Numbered from the stretch's first letter, positions 27,350 to 38,259 are shown. The stretch: DNA of 64,000 bases from Bacteroidota bacterium (GCA_038147335.1 JAYQTK010000006.1:126625-190624), one strand, 5' to 3'. The notes: a model not told the origin generated them from the letters alone. Made by a program: numbers and translations.

Positions 27350-29803
27350 TTAATTTATATTTTTTGGATTTAAGACCTTTCTATTTGTAAGAGAGTGAGA
27401 TATTACATCACTCATGTTATTAACGTATATAAAGTTTAAACCCTTAAGATATTTTTGATCTATTTCTTCAATATCCTTTTTATTATATGAACTTAAAATA
27501 ATTTCCTTAATATTTGCTCTTTTAGCAGCCAAAATCTTTTCTTTTATTCCTCCAACAGGAAGAACCTTTCCTCTTAGAGTAATCTCACCTGTCATAGCGA
27601 TATTCTTTTTAACTCTTTTTTGAGTAAATAATGAGACAAGGGATGTAAGTATGGTTATACCCGCGCTTGGACCATCTTTAGGAGTTGCTCCCTCAGGAAC
27701 GTGAATATGTATATTATATTTTGAGTAGTCAATTTCTTTATTGATTCCCAGATCTTGGTAATTAGATTTAATGTACTCTAATGCAATAACGGCGGATTCC
27801 TTCATTATTTTTCCAAGGTTACCTGTAATCGACAGGTTTCCTTTACCCTCTGATAATGATGATTCAATAAATAGAATTTCACCACCTACAGAAGTCCATG
27901 CAAGACCTGTAACTACTCCAGCGAAATTATTGTTTTCATATTTATCCCTAAAAAATTTCTGAGGTCCTAATACATCTTTTAAATAATCTTCATCATTGTA
28001 GTCGTTCAACTTAGAATTTGAAACAATATTTTTAGCTCTGTTTCTAATAAGCTTAGCAATTTGTTTCTCAAGATTTCTAACCCCAGATTCTCTTGTGTAG
28101 CCACTAATAATCTCTTTGATATTTTTATTAGATATTTTAAAATCAGAAGAATTCATTCCGTGCTCAGACAACTGTTTTTTAATTAAAAACTTATTTGCAA
28201 TTGAGACTTTCTCCTCAGATGTATACCCAGACACGTTAATTAGCTCCATTCTATCAAGTAAAGCAGGATGCATTGTTGACAGATTATTAGCTGTTGCGAC
28301 AAACATTACTTTTGAAAGGTCATAGCCTATTTCTAAGAAATTATCATGAAAAGAACTATTTTGTTCAGGATCAAGCAACTCTAACAAAGCAGATGAAGGA
28401 TCACCTTGTGATCCACTTGAAATCTTATCAATTTCATCTAGAACAAAAACTGGATTAGATGTACCTGATTTTCTTATACTTTGTATAATTCTTCCAGGCA
28501 TTGCTCCAATGTATGTCTTTCTATGTCCTCTAATTTCAGCTTCATCTCTTAATCCACCCAGCGAAACTCTAACATACTCTCTGTTTATTGATTTAGCTAT
28601 AGATTTACCAAGTGAAGTTTTACCTACACCAGGAGGGCCATATAAACATAATATTGGTGACTTCATGTCTTTTCTTAATTTAAGAACAGCTAAATACTCT
28701 ATTATTCTTTTTTTTACATCCTCAAGCCCAAAATGATCATTATCTAAAATTTTTTGGGCTTTTTCTAAGTCAAAATTATCTTCAGAGTAGTTTTCCCATG
28801 GCAGATCAACTAGTAAGTCCAAATAGTTTCTTTGAACAGAATATTCTGCAACCTGAGAGTTCATCCTCTTTAGTTTAGATAACTCTTTTTCAAAATGATT
28901 TCTTGTTTCTTCACTCCAATTTTTATCTTTTGACTTATTTATCAATTCTTGAATATCTTCATGATATGAATTTTCCCCAAGCTCCTCTTGAATTGTTTTC
29001 ATCTGCTGCTGCAAATAATATTCTCTTTGCTGCTGATCTAAATCATTCCTTACTTTTGATTGTATATCGTTTTTTAGAGCGAGTTTTTCATATTCTACAT
29101 TTAAGAACTTAAGACATTTCATAGCTCTATTCTGGATACTTGTACTTTCAAGTAGCTCCTGTTTGTCTTTGACACTAATGTTCATGTTTGAGGAAACAAA
29201 ATTTATCAAGAATGCAGAACTATGGATATTTTTAATTGCAAATGATGCCTCTGATGGGATGTTAGGATTTTCTTTTATAATTTTTAAAGCTATATCCTTT
29301 ATAGCATCAATTGTTGCAGAGAATTTACTGTTTGATTTTTTTAATGCCTCATCAGAAACAGGATCAACAGTTGCTTGAATGTATGGGTCAGTTTTAACAA
29401 TAGATTTAATCTTAAATCTTTTTTTTCCTTGTATGATAACAGTTGTGTTTCCATCAGGCATTTTTAAAACCCTTAATATTTTTGCTACAGTACCTACTCC
29501 ATATATATTTTCTATGCCTGGGTTTTCATCATTAATATTTCTTTGAGCTACAACTCCAATTAATTTACTAGACTTATTAGCATCTTTAATAAGTTTTATG
29601 GATTTATCCCTACCTGCATTTATTGGGATAACTACACCAGGAAAAAGTACTGTATTTGTAAGAGGAAGTATTGGCAATACATCTGGTAAACTTTCTTTTT
29701 CAAGTGCCTCTTCATCTTCATTTGTCATTAATGGAATAAAATCAGATTCCTCACTAATATCATCAAATGACATTTTGTCTATATTATTAAAAATAATGCT
29801 CAT
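27350..29803 (-). CDS. lon: ATP-dependent protease Lon (endopeptidase La)
   Basis: 817 aa. LON N-domain, Walker A GPPGVGKTS, catalytic-serine motif PKDGPSAGIT. Confidence 0.97.
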   Translation of the reverse strand: MSIIFNNIDKMSFDDISEESDFIPLMTNEDEEALEKESLPDVLPILPLTNTVLFPGVVIPINAGRDKSIKLIKDANKSSKLIGVVAQRNINDENPGIENIYGVGTVAKILRVLKMPDGNTTVIIQGKKRFKIKSIVKTDPYIQATVDPVSDEALKKSNSKFSATIDAIKDIALKIIKENPNIPSEASFAIKNIHSSAFLINFVSSNMNISVKDKQELLESTSIQNRAMKCLKFLNVEYEKLALKNDIQSKVRNDLDQQQREYYLQQQMKTIQEELGENSYHEDIQELINKSKDKNWSEETRNHFEKELSKLKRMNSQVAEYSVQRNYLDLLVDLPWENYSEDNFDLEKAQKILDNDHFGLEDVKKRIIEYLAVLKLRKDMKSPILCLYGPPGVGKTSLGKSIAKSINREYVRVSLGGLRDEAEIRGHRKTYIGAMPGRIIQSIRKSGTSNPVFVLDEIDKISSGSQGDPSSALLELLDPEQNSSFHDNFLEIGYDLSKVMFVATANNLSTMHPALLDRMELINVSGYTSEEKVSIANKFLIKKQLSEHGMNSSDFKISNKNIKEIISGYTRESGVRNLEKQIAKLIRNRAKNIVSNSKLNDYNDEDYLKDVLGPQKFFRDKYENNNFAGVVTGLAWTSVGGEILFIESSLSEGKGNLSITGNLGKIMKESAVIALEYIKSNYQDLGINKEIDYSKYNIHIHVPEGATPKDGPSAGITILTSLVSLFTQKRVKKNIAMTGEITLRGKVLPVGGIKEKILAAKRANIKEIILSSYNKKDIEEIDQKYLKGLNFIYVNNMSDVISHSLTNRKVLNPKNIN

Positions 29804-29905
29804 TTAAAACTATTTATGGTCATTATGTCAGAAAATCAAAATATAAGTTCATTTAATTGAATTGATAAAGTTCAGACAATAATAACACTTAAATAAGGAC
29901 AAAAG

Positions 29906-31228
29906 CTATGCCAACTTACTTTTGTCAATTCTAGGAACTCTAATTAATAATAATGCTCCAACAAAAAAGAAAAACATAAAAATTAAAACTGAGAATCTAA
30001 CTGAGCCTGTTAATTGAGCAGAAAAGGCATAAAATAGCAAACCAAAGAAAATACCTATTTTTTCAGTTACATCATAAAAACTAAAAAAAGATGTAGTATC
30101 CTTTGTTTCAGGTATAAACAGGGAAAAGGTAGCTCTAGCAACAGGTTGTGTCCCCCCCATTAAGAGGCCAACAAGTCCTGCAATCATGTAAAATTGATTT
30201 GGAGTTTCAATATAATAGGCATAGAAACATACTAATGACCAAAGAAAGATTGCAAAAGTTAGTACTATAATATTTCCAAATTTTTGAGCCAATTTTGTAA
30301 AACTATATGCTCCACCAATTGCAACAATCTGAATAAGTAAAATGCTAATTATAAGACCAGCTGTTTGTTCACTAGCACTTGGCCACTGAATTTCAGTAAC
30401 TCCAAAGTAAGATGCAATATAAAGTACAGTTTGCAGAGAAAATGAAAAAATGAAAAATGCTAACAAGAATCTTGTAAACCTTTTACTAGATCTAATAACC
30501 TCATAAACGCTCCTTAACTCCTTAAACCCATTCCAAATAATATTTTTTGGAATATTTATCTCCCTATTTCCTTTAGGTAAATGATAAAAAGAGTATTGAC
30601 TAAAACCTAACCACCACAACCCAGTTAATGCAAAAGACATCTTCATGGCATTTTTATCAGAGCTAAACCCAAAATCTTCATAGAAATAAATCATTACTAG
30701 ATTTATCAAGAGAAGGATAACACTTCCTATATACCCCATTGTATATCCTCTAGCACTTACCATATTTGTTTGTTTGGGAAAAGTAATATCATTTAAATAT
30801 GAATTGTAATAGACCAGACTACCCCAGAATCCAAGTAATGATAGGAAATATAGGATAAGACTGAACTCTATATTTTCTAATTCAAACCAATATAGTCCGA
30901 TACATGAAATAGAGCCCATGTAGACAAAAAACTTCATAAAAATTTTTTTATTACCTATATAATCCGCTATACCACTAAGCATAGGTGATATAAATGCAAT
31001 TAAAAGGAAACAAATTCCTGAAAGAAAACTAATCAAGGTGTCTTTGTTTACGTCTACACTAAATATCATAATTGAACTGACATCAGAGAAAACATATGTA
31101 GAGTAATATATTGGAAAAATTGCTGAAGAAATAACTAACGAATAAACTGAATTTGCCCAGTCATATATTGTCCATGCACCAATCAATTTTTTACTTCCTT
31201 TTGGATGGTCGGTTTTTTTATTTAGCAT
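29906..31228 (-). CDS. MFS transporter, UMF1/Atg22-like family
   Basis: 440 aa with about 12 predicted TM segments. The N-terminus GAWTIYDWANSVYSLVISSAIFPIYY is typical of the UMF1 family. Confidence 0.8.
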   Translation of the reverse strand: MLNKKTDHPKGSKKLIGAWTIYDWANSVYSLVISSAIFPIYYSTYVFSDVSSIMIFSVDVNKDTLISFLSGICFLLIAFISPMLSGIADYIGNKKIFMKFFVYMGSISCIGLYWFELENIEFSLILYFLSLLGFWGSLVYYNSYLNDITFPKQTNMVSARGYTMGYIGSVILLLINLVMIYFYEDFGFSSDKNAMKMSFALTGLWWLGFSQYSFYHLPKGNREINIPKNIIWNGFKELRSVYEVIRSSKRFTRFLLAFFIFSFSLQTVLYIASYFGVTEIQWPSASEQTAGLIISILLIQIVAIGGAYSFTKLAQKFGNIIVLTFAIFLWSLVCFYAYYIETPNQFYMIAGLVGLLMGGTQPVARATFSLFIPETKDTTSFFSFYDVTEKIGIFFGLLFYAFSAQLTGSVRFSVLIFMFFFFVGALLLIRVPRIDKSKLA

Positions 31229-31273
31229 AAATTTAAATGATTGACAAAGTAAGTAAATAAATTAAAAGATATA

Positions 31274-31281
31274 TATATTTG
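31274..31281 (+). promoter_or_regulatory. -7 box TATATTTG upstream of msrB
   Basis: TAnnTTTG match 14 nt upstream of the msrB ATG. Confidence 0.35.
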
Positions 31282-31294
31282 TCAAAAAATATAG

Positions 31295-31789
31295 ATGTAC
31301 TTAAAATTGCACTTATTTGGACTAGTTTTTTTTAGTTTTACACTATTAAACTGCCAAACACAATTAGATAAAGAAGAACCTAAAATAACCTATAAAGTGA
31401 ATAAATCAGAAGAAGAGTGGAAAGAAGAATTATCTCCTGAAGAATTTGAGATACTAAGAAATGCGGGTACTGAAAGACCCCATACGGGAATATATAATAT
31501 GCATTTTGAAGATGGGGTTTATGTATGCAAGGGATGCGGACAACCTCTATTTAAAAGCGGAAGTAAGTTTATGTCCGATTGTGGCTGGCCAAGCTATGAA
31601 GGAGCAATTCCAGGTGCAATTGTTTACAAAAAAGATACAAGTTTAGGAATGATTAGAACTGAGATTTTATGTTCTAATTGTGGAGGGCATCAAGGTCATG
31701 TTTTTGACGATGGCCCAACGGCAACTGGCAAAAGATATTGTGTTAATTCTGCAAGTATAAATTTTATAAATAATAAAAGAAATGACTAA
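31295..31789 (+). CDS. msrB: peptide-methionine (R)-S-oxide reductase with N-terminal lipoprotein-type signal peptide
   Basis: SelR domain with the two CxxC pairs (CKGCGQPLF, CSNCGGHQGHVFDDGP). The N-terminus MYLKLHLFGLVFFSFTLLNC resembles a signal peptide ending in a lipobox-like Cys. Confidence 0.9.
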   Translation: MYLKLHLFGLVFFSFTLLNCQTQLDKEEPKITYKVNKSEEEWKEELSPEEFEILRNAGTERPHTGIYNMHFEDGVYVCKGCGQPLFKSGSKFMSDCGWPSYEGAIPGAIVYKKDTSLGMIRTEILCSNCGGHQGHVFDDGPTATGKRYCVNSASINFINNKRND

Positions 31790-33173
31790 AAAATACGATT
31801 TAATTGTTCTAGGAAGTGGTCCAGGTGGATATGTTACTGCAATTAGGGCATCTCAACTAGGACTAAAGACTGCTATAGTCGAAAAAGAAAGTCTGGGTGG
31901 AGTTTGTTTAAATTGGGGGTGTATCCCAACTAAGGCTTTATTAAAGTCTGCACAAGTATTCGAATACTTAAAAAAAGCTGATTCATATGGACTAAAAGTT
32001 AAAGATTTTGATAAAGATTTTGACTCGGTTGTTAAAAGGTCAAGGAGCGTGGCTGATGGAATGAGTAAAGGAGTAAATTTTCTAATGAAGAAGAACAAGA
32101 TTGATGTTATTAATGGTTATGGTAAAGTATCACCAAACAAAAAAGTTTCAGTTGAAAATGATGGTGAAGTACAAGAATTTGAGTCTTCAAATATCATTAT
32201 AGCTACAGGAGGTAGATCAAGAGTAATTGATTCTATCCCTCAAGATGGTAAAAAAATCATTGGTTATAGAGAAGCTATGACACTTCCAAAACAACCTAAA
32301 AAAATAATAATTGTTGGATCAGGTGCAATTGGAATTGAATTTGCATATTTCTATAATTCTATGGGTACTGAGGTGAAAATAATTGAATATTTGGACAGAG
32401 TCCTACCTGTTGAAGACAAAGATATTTCAAATCAACTTAGCAAAAATTTTAAGAAGTCAGGAATTGAAATATTAACTAGCTCTGAAGTCATTTCATCTGA
32501 AACTAAGGGAAAGGGTGTGAAACTTCAAGTTAAATCTAATGGTCAAATATCTGAGCATGAAGCAGACATTGTCTTATCTGCAGTAGGTGTAAAAAGTAAT
32601 ATAGAGGATATTGGACTTGAAGAGGTTGGAATAGCAGTTGATAAAGACAAAATTATAGTTGATGAATTTTATCAAACAAATATTCCTGGATACTATGCAA
32701 TTGGAGATGTTACATCTGGTCAAGCACTAGCGCATGTTGCTTCAGCTGAGGGAATACTTTGTGTTGAAAAAATTGCTAAACATGAGGTAGAGCCAATTGA
32801 TTATGATAATATTCCTGGATGTACTTATTGTTTTCCTGAGGTTGCATCTGTTGGATTAACTGAAGAAAAAGCTATTGAAAAAGGATATCAAGTTAAGGTT
32901 GGAAAATTTCCTTTCACTGCATCTGGAAAGGCACAAGCATCTGGTCATCCAGATGGATTTGTTAAGGTTATTTTTGATGAAAAGTATGGAGAGTGGTTGG
33001 GTTGTCACATGATTGGTGCTGGAGTTACTGATATGATTGCAGAAGCTGTTTTAGGCAGGAAGCTTGAGACAACAGGTAAAGAAATTCTTAAGTCTGTTCA
33101 CCCTCACCCTACAATGAGTGAAGCATTAATGGAGGCTGTTGCAGATGCTTACGATGAAGTTATTCATCTTTAG
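31782..33173 (+). CDS. lpdA: dihydrolipoyl dehydrogenase
   Basis: 463 aa. FAD motif LGSGPGGY, redox-active disulfide GGVCLNWGCIPTK, C-terminal HPHPTMSE. Confidence 0.96.
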   Translation: MTKKYDLIVLGSGPGGYVTAIRASQLGLKTAIVEKESLGGVCLNWGCIPTKALLKSAQVFEYLKKADSYGLKVKDFDKDFDSVVKRSRSVADGMSKGVNFLMKKNKIDVINGYGKVSPNKKVSVENDGEVQEFESSNIIIATGGRSRVIDSIPQDGKKIIGYREAMTLPKQPKKIIIVGSGAIGIEFAYFYNSMGTEVKIIEYLDRVLPVEDKDISNQLSKNFKKSGIEILTSSEVISSETKGKGVKLQVKSNGQISEHEADIVLSAVGVKSNIEDIGLEEVGIAVDKDKIIVDEFYQTNIPGYYAIGDVTSGQALAHVASAEGILCVEKIAKHEVEPIDYDNIPGCTYCFPEVASVGLTEEKAIEKGYQVKVGKFPFTASGKAQASGHPDGFVKVIFDEKYGEWLGCHMIGAGVTDMIAEAVLGRKLETTGKEILKSVHPHPTMSEALMEAVADAYDEVIHL

Positions 33174-33582
33174 GGAGGAAGCTTTCAATTGCTAATTCGT
33201 AGCTTTTTAGTCCAAATCCTATAATTATCCCATCAACTACTGGTGATAAATATGAGTTATGTCTATATTCTTCTCTTGAAAAAGTATTAGATATATGAAC
33301 TTCAATAACTTTTGTATCAATTGCTTTTATTGCATCACCTATTCCAACAGAAGTGTGAGTATATGCAGCAGCATTAATTATTATACCATCTGAATCCCTG
33401 GAATCTTGAATAAAGTTTATTAATTCACCTTCAACATTTGATTGATGGTATTCTAAATTAATGTTAGAATATTTTGATCTAAGTGAATTAAAGAAAGTTT
33501 CAAAATCTTGATTCCCATAGATATCAGTCTCTCTTGAGCCAAGGAGATTCAAATTGGGACCATTAATTATTGTTAATTTCAT
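33160..33582 (-). CDS. aroQ: type II 3-dehydroquinate dehydratase
   Basis: 140 aa. ILNGPNLNLLG-type N-terminus (IINGPNLNLLGSRE) and the AAYTHTSVG motif. Confidence 0.95.
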   Translation of the reverse strand: MKLTIINGPNLNLLGSRETDIYGNQDFETFFNSLRSKYSNINLEYHQSNVEGELINFIQDSRDSDGIIINAAAYTHTSVGIGDAIKAIDTKVIEVHISNTFSREEYRHNSYLSPVVDGIIIGFGLKSYELAIESFLPKDE

Positions 33583-33620
33583 ATATTATAAAGGTAATGC
33601 TTAAACAGGAATAAAAAAAA

Positions 33621-34529
33621 ATGAATTGGGATACTAGCATTGAGAATTTTAAGAATTATCTAAAACTAGAAAGAGGATTGAGTATGAATTCAATAGAAAG
33701 TTATGAATTTGATCTAATTCAGTTTAAAAATTTTATAATTGAAAATAGTATAAATGAGTCGCCAAAAAAATGTAGCTCATCAACAGTTAAGAGATATCTT
33801 TATAAAAATTTTTCAAACAAAAAATCTAGAAGTCAAGCCAGAAGTATCTCAGCATTAAAAAGTTTCTTTAATTACTTATTATTTGAAGGTGAGATTCATT
33901 CGTCTCCGATCAACGATATAGAAAGTCCTAAAATTGAAAATAAATTACCAGAGGTTCTTACAGAGGATGAAATAAAAAGATTGATTTCTTCAGTTAATCT
34001 TGATTCTGAATTTGGACAAAGAAACAAAACTATAATTGAAGTATTATATGGTACAGGCATCAGAGTTAGTGAGCTCATTGAGCTAAAACTGTCAAACATT
34101 TTTTTTAAAGAAAATATTTTAAAAGTAACTGGAAAGGGAAATAAAGAAAGGTTTGTCCCATTGGGTAAAATTGCTATAATAGAGATTAAAAAGTATTTAA
34201 ATAATAGAGATAAATTAAAAATCAATTCAAAATTTTCCGATATACTTTTTCTAAATAGATATGGGAGACAGCTAACAAGATCAATGATATTTAAGGTTAT
34301 AAATGATTCTTCAAAAAATGCAGAAATTGATAAAAAAATTAGCCCTCACACACTAAGACACTCATATGCTACTCATCTACTAAAAAATGGTGCAGACTTA
34401 AGAACAATACAACTTATACTTGGACATGAGAGTATTACTACAACTGAAATATATACACATTTAGATACTTTTCATTTAGAAGATGTTTTGAAAAAATATC
34501 ACCCTAGAGAAAATAAAAATCAAGATTAG
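33621..34529 (+). CDS. xerD: site-specific tyrosine recombinase XerD/XerC family
   Basis: 302 aa. SAM-like N-domain and catalytic residues in HTLRHSYATHLL ... LGHESITTTEIYTH. Confidence 0.88.
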   Translation: MNWDTSIENFKNYLKLERGLSMNSIESYEFDLIQFKNFIIENSINESPKKCSSSTVKRYLYKNFSNKKSRSQARSISALKSFFNYLLFEGEIHSSPINDIESPKIENKLPEVLTEDEIKRLISSVNLDSEFGQRNKTIIEVLYGTGIRVSELIELKLSNIFFKENILKVTGKGNKERFVPLGKIAIIEIKKYLNNRDKLKINSKFSDILFLNRYGRQLTRSMIFKVINDSSKNAEIDKKISPHTLRHSYATHLLKNGADLRTIQLILGHESITTTEIYTHLDTFHLEDVLKKYHPRENKNQD

Positions 34530-35224
34530 TCTTTCATTAACCTGAATCCTTCCCCATGCACATTGATAATTTTAAGTGATGAGTCTTTTTCAAGATATTT
34601 TCTAAGTTTTGCAATATATACATCCATACTTCTTGATGTGAAATAATTAGCATCTCTCCAGATTTTATTTAATGCGATATCTCTAGGCAGCAAATCATCA
34701 AAATTTAACACTAACATCTTTAATAGCTGATTTTCCTTTGGAGATAACTTAAACGAATTTCCTTCTTTATGAGTTAATATTCTAAGCTTAGAATTAAAAG
34801 AAAACTCACCAAAATCAAACTCGAAAATATCTTTTTGTTCAGTATTTACAGATGGTTTTCTATTAAGTATAGATTTTATTTTTGCTAGTAGTATCTCTGA
34901 ATCAAAAGGTTTTGTCAAATAATCATCTGCACCTATCTTATATCCTTTTAAAACATCATCTTTTAGATTTTTTGCGGTCAAGAAAATTAGAGGAATAGCT
35001 TCATTGACTTCTCTAATTTCTTTTGCCAGAGTTAAACCATCTTTAAATGGCATCATAATATCTAGAATACATAAATCAAATTCTGATTTATTGAACTTTT
35101 CAAAGCCCTCGATTCCATTGGCTGCAAGAGTTACGTCGTAATTATTGATAGTTAAATAATCTTTAAGTATCCTTCCAAAATTAGGATCATCTTCTACCAA
35201 TAGAATTTTTTTATCTGATTTCAT
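34526..35224 (-). CDS. OmpR/PhoB-type response regulator
   Basis: 232 aa. Receiver domain (ILLVEDD, DLCILDIMMP, TAK) plus a winged-helix output domain. Confidence 0.92.
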   Translation of the reverse strand: MKSDKKILLVEDDPNFGRILKDYLTINNYDVTLAANGIEGFEKFNKSEFDLCILDIMMPFKDGLTLAKEIREVNEAIPLIFLTAKNLKDDVLKGYKIGADDYLTKPFDSEILLAKIKSILNRKPSVNTEQKDIFEFDFGEFSFNSKLRILTHKEGNSFKLSPKENQLLKMLVLNFDDLLPRDIALNKIWRDANYFTSRSMDVYIAKLRKYLEKDSSLKIINVHGEGFRLMKD

Positions 35225-36803
35225 CTTTAAGTGTTTTAATATTTATATAGAACTTAGTTCCAGAACCTTTCTTACTTTCAAGCATAATTTTACCCTTATG
35301 AAAATCAACAATCTTTTTAACATATGAAAGTCCTAGTCCATGTCCTTTAATATCATGGATATCTCCATTTTGTTCTCTGTAAAATTTTTCAAATACCATC
35401 TTTTGGGTATTCTTGTCCATACCAATTCCATTGTCTTGTACACATATCTCTATATTATCATCAATGTTTCTTGTTGATACTATAATTGAGGGTTTGCTTT
35501 TTGAGTATTTAACTGCATTGTCTAAAATATTAATAATAATATTTTCTAAATGATTGCTATTTCCTAATATATTTGAGTTATCCGCATTTAATGAAAGATT
35601 AATAGAACCCTTATTGCTTTCAACTATAAGCTTGACATGCTCAACAGCATCCTCAATTACTTCATGTATATTTGTCTTTTCCATATCAAATGGATTAGAA
35701 CTTTTTTCCAACTGAGATATCCTCAAAATATTTTCAACTTGAGATAGCATTCTTGCATTCTCCTCCCTAATCATACCCAAATACGAAGTGAATTTGTCAT
35801 TAATATTATTCTTTGAACTTGATATTGCATCTAGTGCTAGATTAATAGTTGCAATAGGTGTTTTAAATTCATGTGAAATATTATTAATAAAATCACTCTT
35901 TATTTCAGAAAGCTTTTTCTGTTGAATAATTTGATACAAAGCACTTGTTGAGATAACAATTATAATTAAGGTGAGCATAAAAGATAGAGTAGCAACACCT
36001 ATAATACCTGATAAAACATATTCTTGTTTTTCAGGAAATGAAACAATAAGGTCATATTTTATAGGACTAGACCTATCATATAAAAAAGGTATGGAATATT
36101 TTGGACCTGATTGTACCTCAATGTAATTATTAGATTTAACTTTTGTAGAAAGATTATTACTATATATTCCAAACTCATATGGGGTGGTGATATTTCTATC
36201 ACTAAAACCTTGGTTCAAGAGGATCTGAATCTCTCTAGAAGTTGTTCTCTTGTGAATAGGTAATGAAGATGCATATTCTTGGAAAGCAGATTTATATTTT
36301 TCAAATTTAAATAAGTCAATATCTTCAACACTTTTTAATTTAGATATTGAGGCATTTAACCTATTCTCTCTTCTATCAAATATGTTCTTATTAACAATTG
36401 TAGTTTTAACTGCTTTATAATCCTTTAAATTATCATCTCCGTATCTATTTGATAAATTATCAGGAAGGTTGATATTATAATCTTCTTCTAGAATACCATA
36501 AGCAAAAAAAGTTGAAAGATTGGAAGATTGATCTTCATCTAAAAATAGAAAAACATCGGTAAAATTTTGTTCATCTGGTGTCCCAATAGAGTCAATTAAC
36601 ATTTGATAAGTATTTACATAGTCATTTAATTCCCTACTTTGAATTTCATCAACAACTTCTCTTAATGTTCGATTGACAGCTAAAGAAAATTCTTCTTCCT
36701 TATTCTTCCACGAGGAATATATCCAGTATCCTTGCATCAGAATTATTCCTATTAAGGAAAATGACATTAGAAGAACAAGTGATGTATATAGTTTTCTATT
36801 CAT
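35211..36803 (-). CDS. sensor histidine kinase
   Basis: 530 aa. Two TM segments flank a periplasmic region. H-box ISHEFKTPI, N-box, and G-boxes DNGIGM / GHGLGLS. Confidence 0.92.
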   Translation of the reverse strand: MNRKLYTSLVLLMSFSLIGIILMQGYWIYSSWKNKEEEFSLAVNRTLREVVDEIQSRELNDYVNTYQMLIDSIGTPDEQNFTDVFLFLDEDQSSNLSTFFAYGILEEDYNINLPDNLSNRYGDDNLKDYKAVKTTIVNKNIFDRRENRLNASISKLKSVEDIDLFKFEKYKSAFQEYASSLPIHKRTTSREIQILLNQGFSDRNITTPYEFGIYSNNLSTKVKSNNYIEVQSGPKYSIPFLYDRSSPIKYDLIVSFPEKQEYVLSGIIGVATLSFMLTLIIIVISTSALYQIIQQKKLSEIKSDFINNISHEFKTPIATINLALDAISSSKNNINDKFTSYLGMIREENARMLSQVENILRISQLEKSSNPFDMEKTNIHEVIEDAVEHVKLIVESNKGSINLSLNADNSNILGNSNHLENIIINILDNAVKYSKSKPSIIVSTRNIDDNIEICVQDNGIGMDKNTQKMVFEKFYREQNGDIHDIKGHGLGLSYVKKIVDFHKGKIMLESKKGSGTKFYINIKTLKDEIR

Positions 36804-36836
36804 TGACTATAAAATTCTCAAAATTTAAATTTATAA

Positions 36837-36859
36837 TTTCTTAATAAAATGTTAAGAAA
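36837..36859 (-). terminator. possible weak terminator hairpin after coaE
   Basis: Perfect 8-bp inverted repeat TTTCTTAA/TTAAGAAA with a 7-nt loop, directly after the coaE stop and followed by T-rich sequence. The stem has only one G:C pair, so it is weak. Confidence 0.3.
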
Positions 36860-37447
36860 CTACTTTAGGTTTATTAGTGTATCGTGAATTTCTAATACTT
36901 TGCCCTCCAATTCAGTGAAATTAATATTATCAATTATAAAATCACATTTATCAATAATTGAAGTTTCATTTATCTGATTCTGTATTCGATTTAACACATC
37001 ATCTCTAGATAGTTTATCTCTTTGCATTACCCTATCAATTCTAGTTTCTTTTGGGGCTTTAACGTATATAATCTTATCAAAAAGATTCTCTGTTTTAGTT
37101 TCAAAAATAATTGCTGCTTCTTTTACAATATAGTTTTCGTCTCTATGTTTAAAGCAAAAATTATCAAAATCTACAGCTACTGCAGGGTGAATTATTGAAT
37201 TTAGAGACTTAAGTTTTTCTTTATCGTTAAAGACTATTTTAGAAACTAATTTTGAGTTTAGTTCATTTTCATTATAAATATCTTCTCCAAATAGTTGTTT
37301 TATTGAGTGTATTATTTTTTTATCAGAACTTATTAATTCTTTTGCAGATTCATCAGCATTGTATGTGCTTATACCAATTTTTTTAAAGATTTCTAAAACA
37401 CTAGATTTTCCAGATCCAATTCCTCCGGTTAATCCGATAATTTTCAT
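36860..37447 (-). CDS. coaE: dephospho-CoA kinase
   Basis: 195 aa. P-loop IGLTGGIGSGKS. Confidence 0.93.
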   Translation of the reverse strand: MKIIGLTGGIGSGKSSVLEIFKKIGISTYNADESAKELISSDKKIIHSIKQLFGEDIYNENELNSKLVSKIVFNDKEKLKSLNSIIHPAVAVDFDNFCFKHRDENYIVKEAAIIFETKTENLFDKIIYVKAPKETRIDRVMQRDKLSRDDVLNRIQNQINETSIIDKCDFIIDNINFTELEGKVLEIHDTLINLK

Positions 37448-38259
37448 TATGAATTTAATTTATCAATAATTTCTTGACTTACACCAACACTTGAAAACCC
37501 CCCATCATTATAAATATTTTGAAGAGTAACTCTTTTTGTGTAATCAGAGAAAAGCGATACGGTTAGGTTAGCACAATCTTCAGCAGTAGCATTACCAAGT
37601 GGTGAGGTTAAATCAGCATATTTAAGAAAATCATCTAATCCTTTTACTCCTTTTCCAGCAGTTGTTAAAGTTGGTGATTGAGATATTGTGTTTACTCTAA
37701 CATTTTTTTCTTTACCAAAGAAATAGCCAAAGCTTCTTGCAATGGATTCTAAATATGCCTTATTATCAGCCATATCGTTATAATTTGGAAAAGTCCTTTG
37801 TGCAGCTATATATGTTAAAGCAACAATACTACCCCACTCTTTCATTGCGTCTAGTTTTAGTAGAGATTGCATGAGCTTGTGAAAAGATACTGCAGAAACA
37901 TCCCAACCTTTAGCTAACCAATCATAATTTAAGTCTGTATAATGTTTACCTTTTCTAACATTAACAGACATTCCTATCGAATGAAGAACAAAATCTAATT
38001 TTCCGTTAAACTTTTCAGTTGCATGAGAAATTAATTTTTCTAAATCTTCTAGATTGGTTGCATCGGCAGGAATTATTTCAGAATTAGTTTTCTCAGCTAA
38101 TTCATTTATTGTCCCCATCCTTATAGAAACAGGGGCATTTGTGAGGATAAACTCACCTCCTTCTTCATATACCCTTTCAGCAGTTTTCCATGCAATAGAA
38201 CTATCATCTAGTGCACCAAAAATTATACCTTTCTTACCTTTTAAAATAGAATTTGACAT
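37447..38259 (-). CDS. fabI: enoyl-[acyl-carrier-protein] reductase (NADH), FabI
   Basis: 270 aa. SDR-type N-terminus LKGKKGIIFGALDDSSIAW and a FabI-like Y-x6-K region (YNDMADNKAYLES). Confidence 0.92.
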   Translation of the reverse strand: MSNSILKGKKGIIFGALDDSSIAWKTAERVYEEGGEFILTNAPVSIRMGTINELAEKTNSEIIPADATNLEDLEKLISHATEKFNGKLDFVLHSIGMSVNVRKGKHYTDLNYDWLAKGWDVSAVSFHKLMQSLLKLDAMKEWGSIVALTYIAAQRTFPNYNDMADNKAYLESIARSFGYFFGKEKNVRVNTISQSPTLTTAGKGVKGLDDFLKYADLTSPLGNATAEDCANLTVSLFSDYTKRVTLQNIYNDGGFSSVGVSQEIIDKLNS

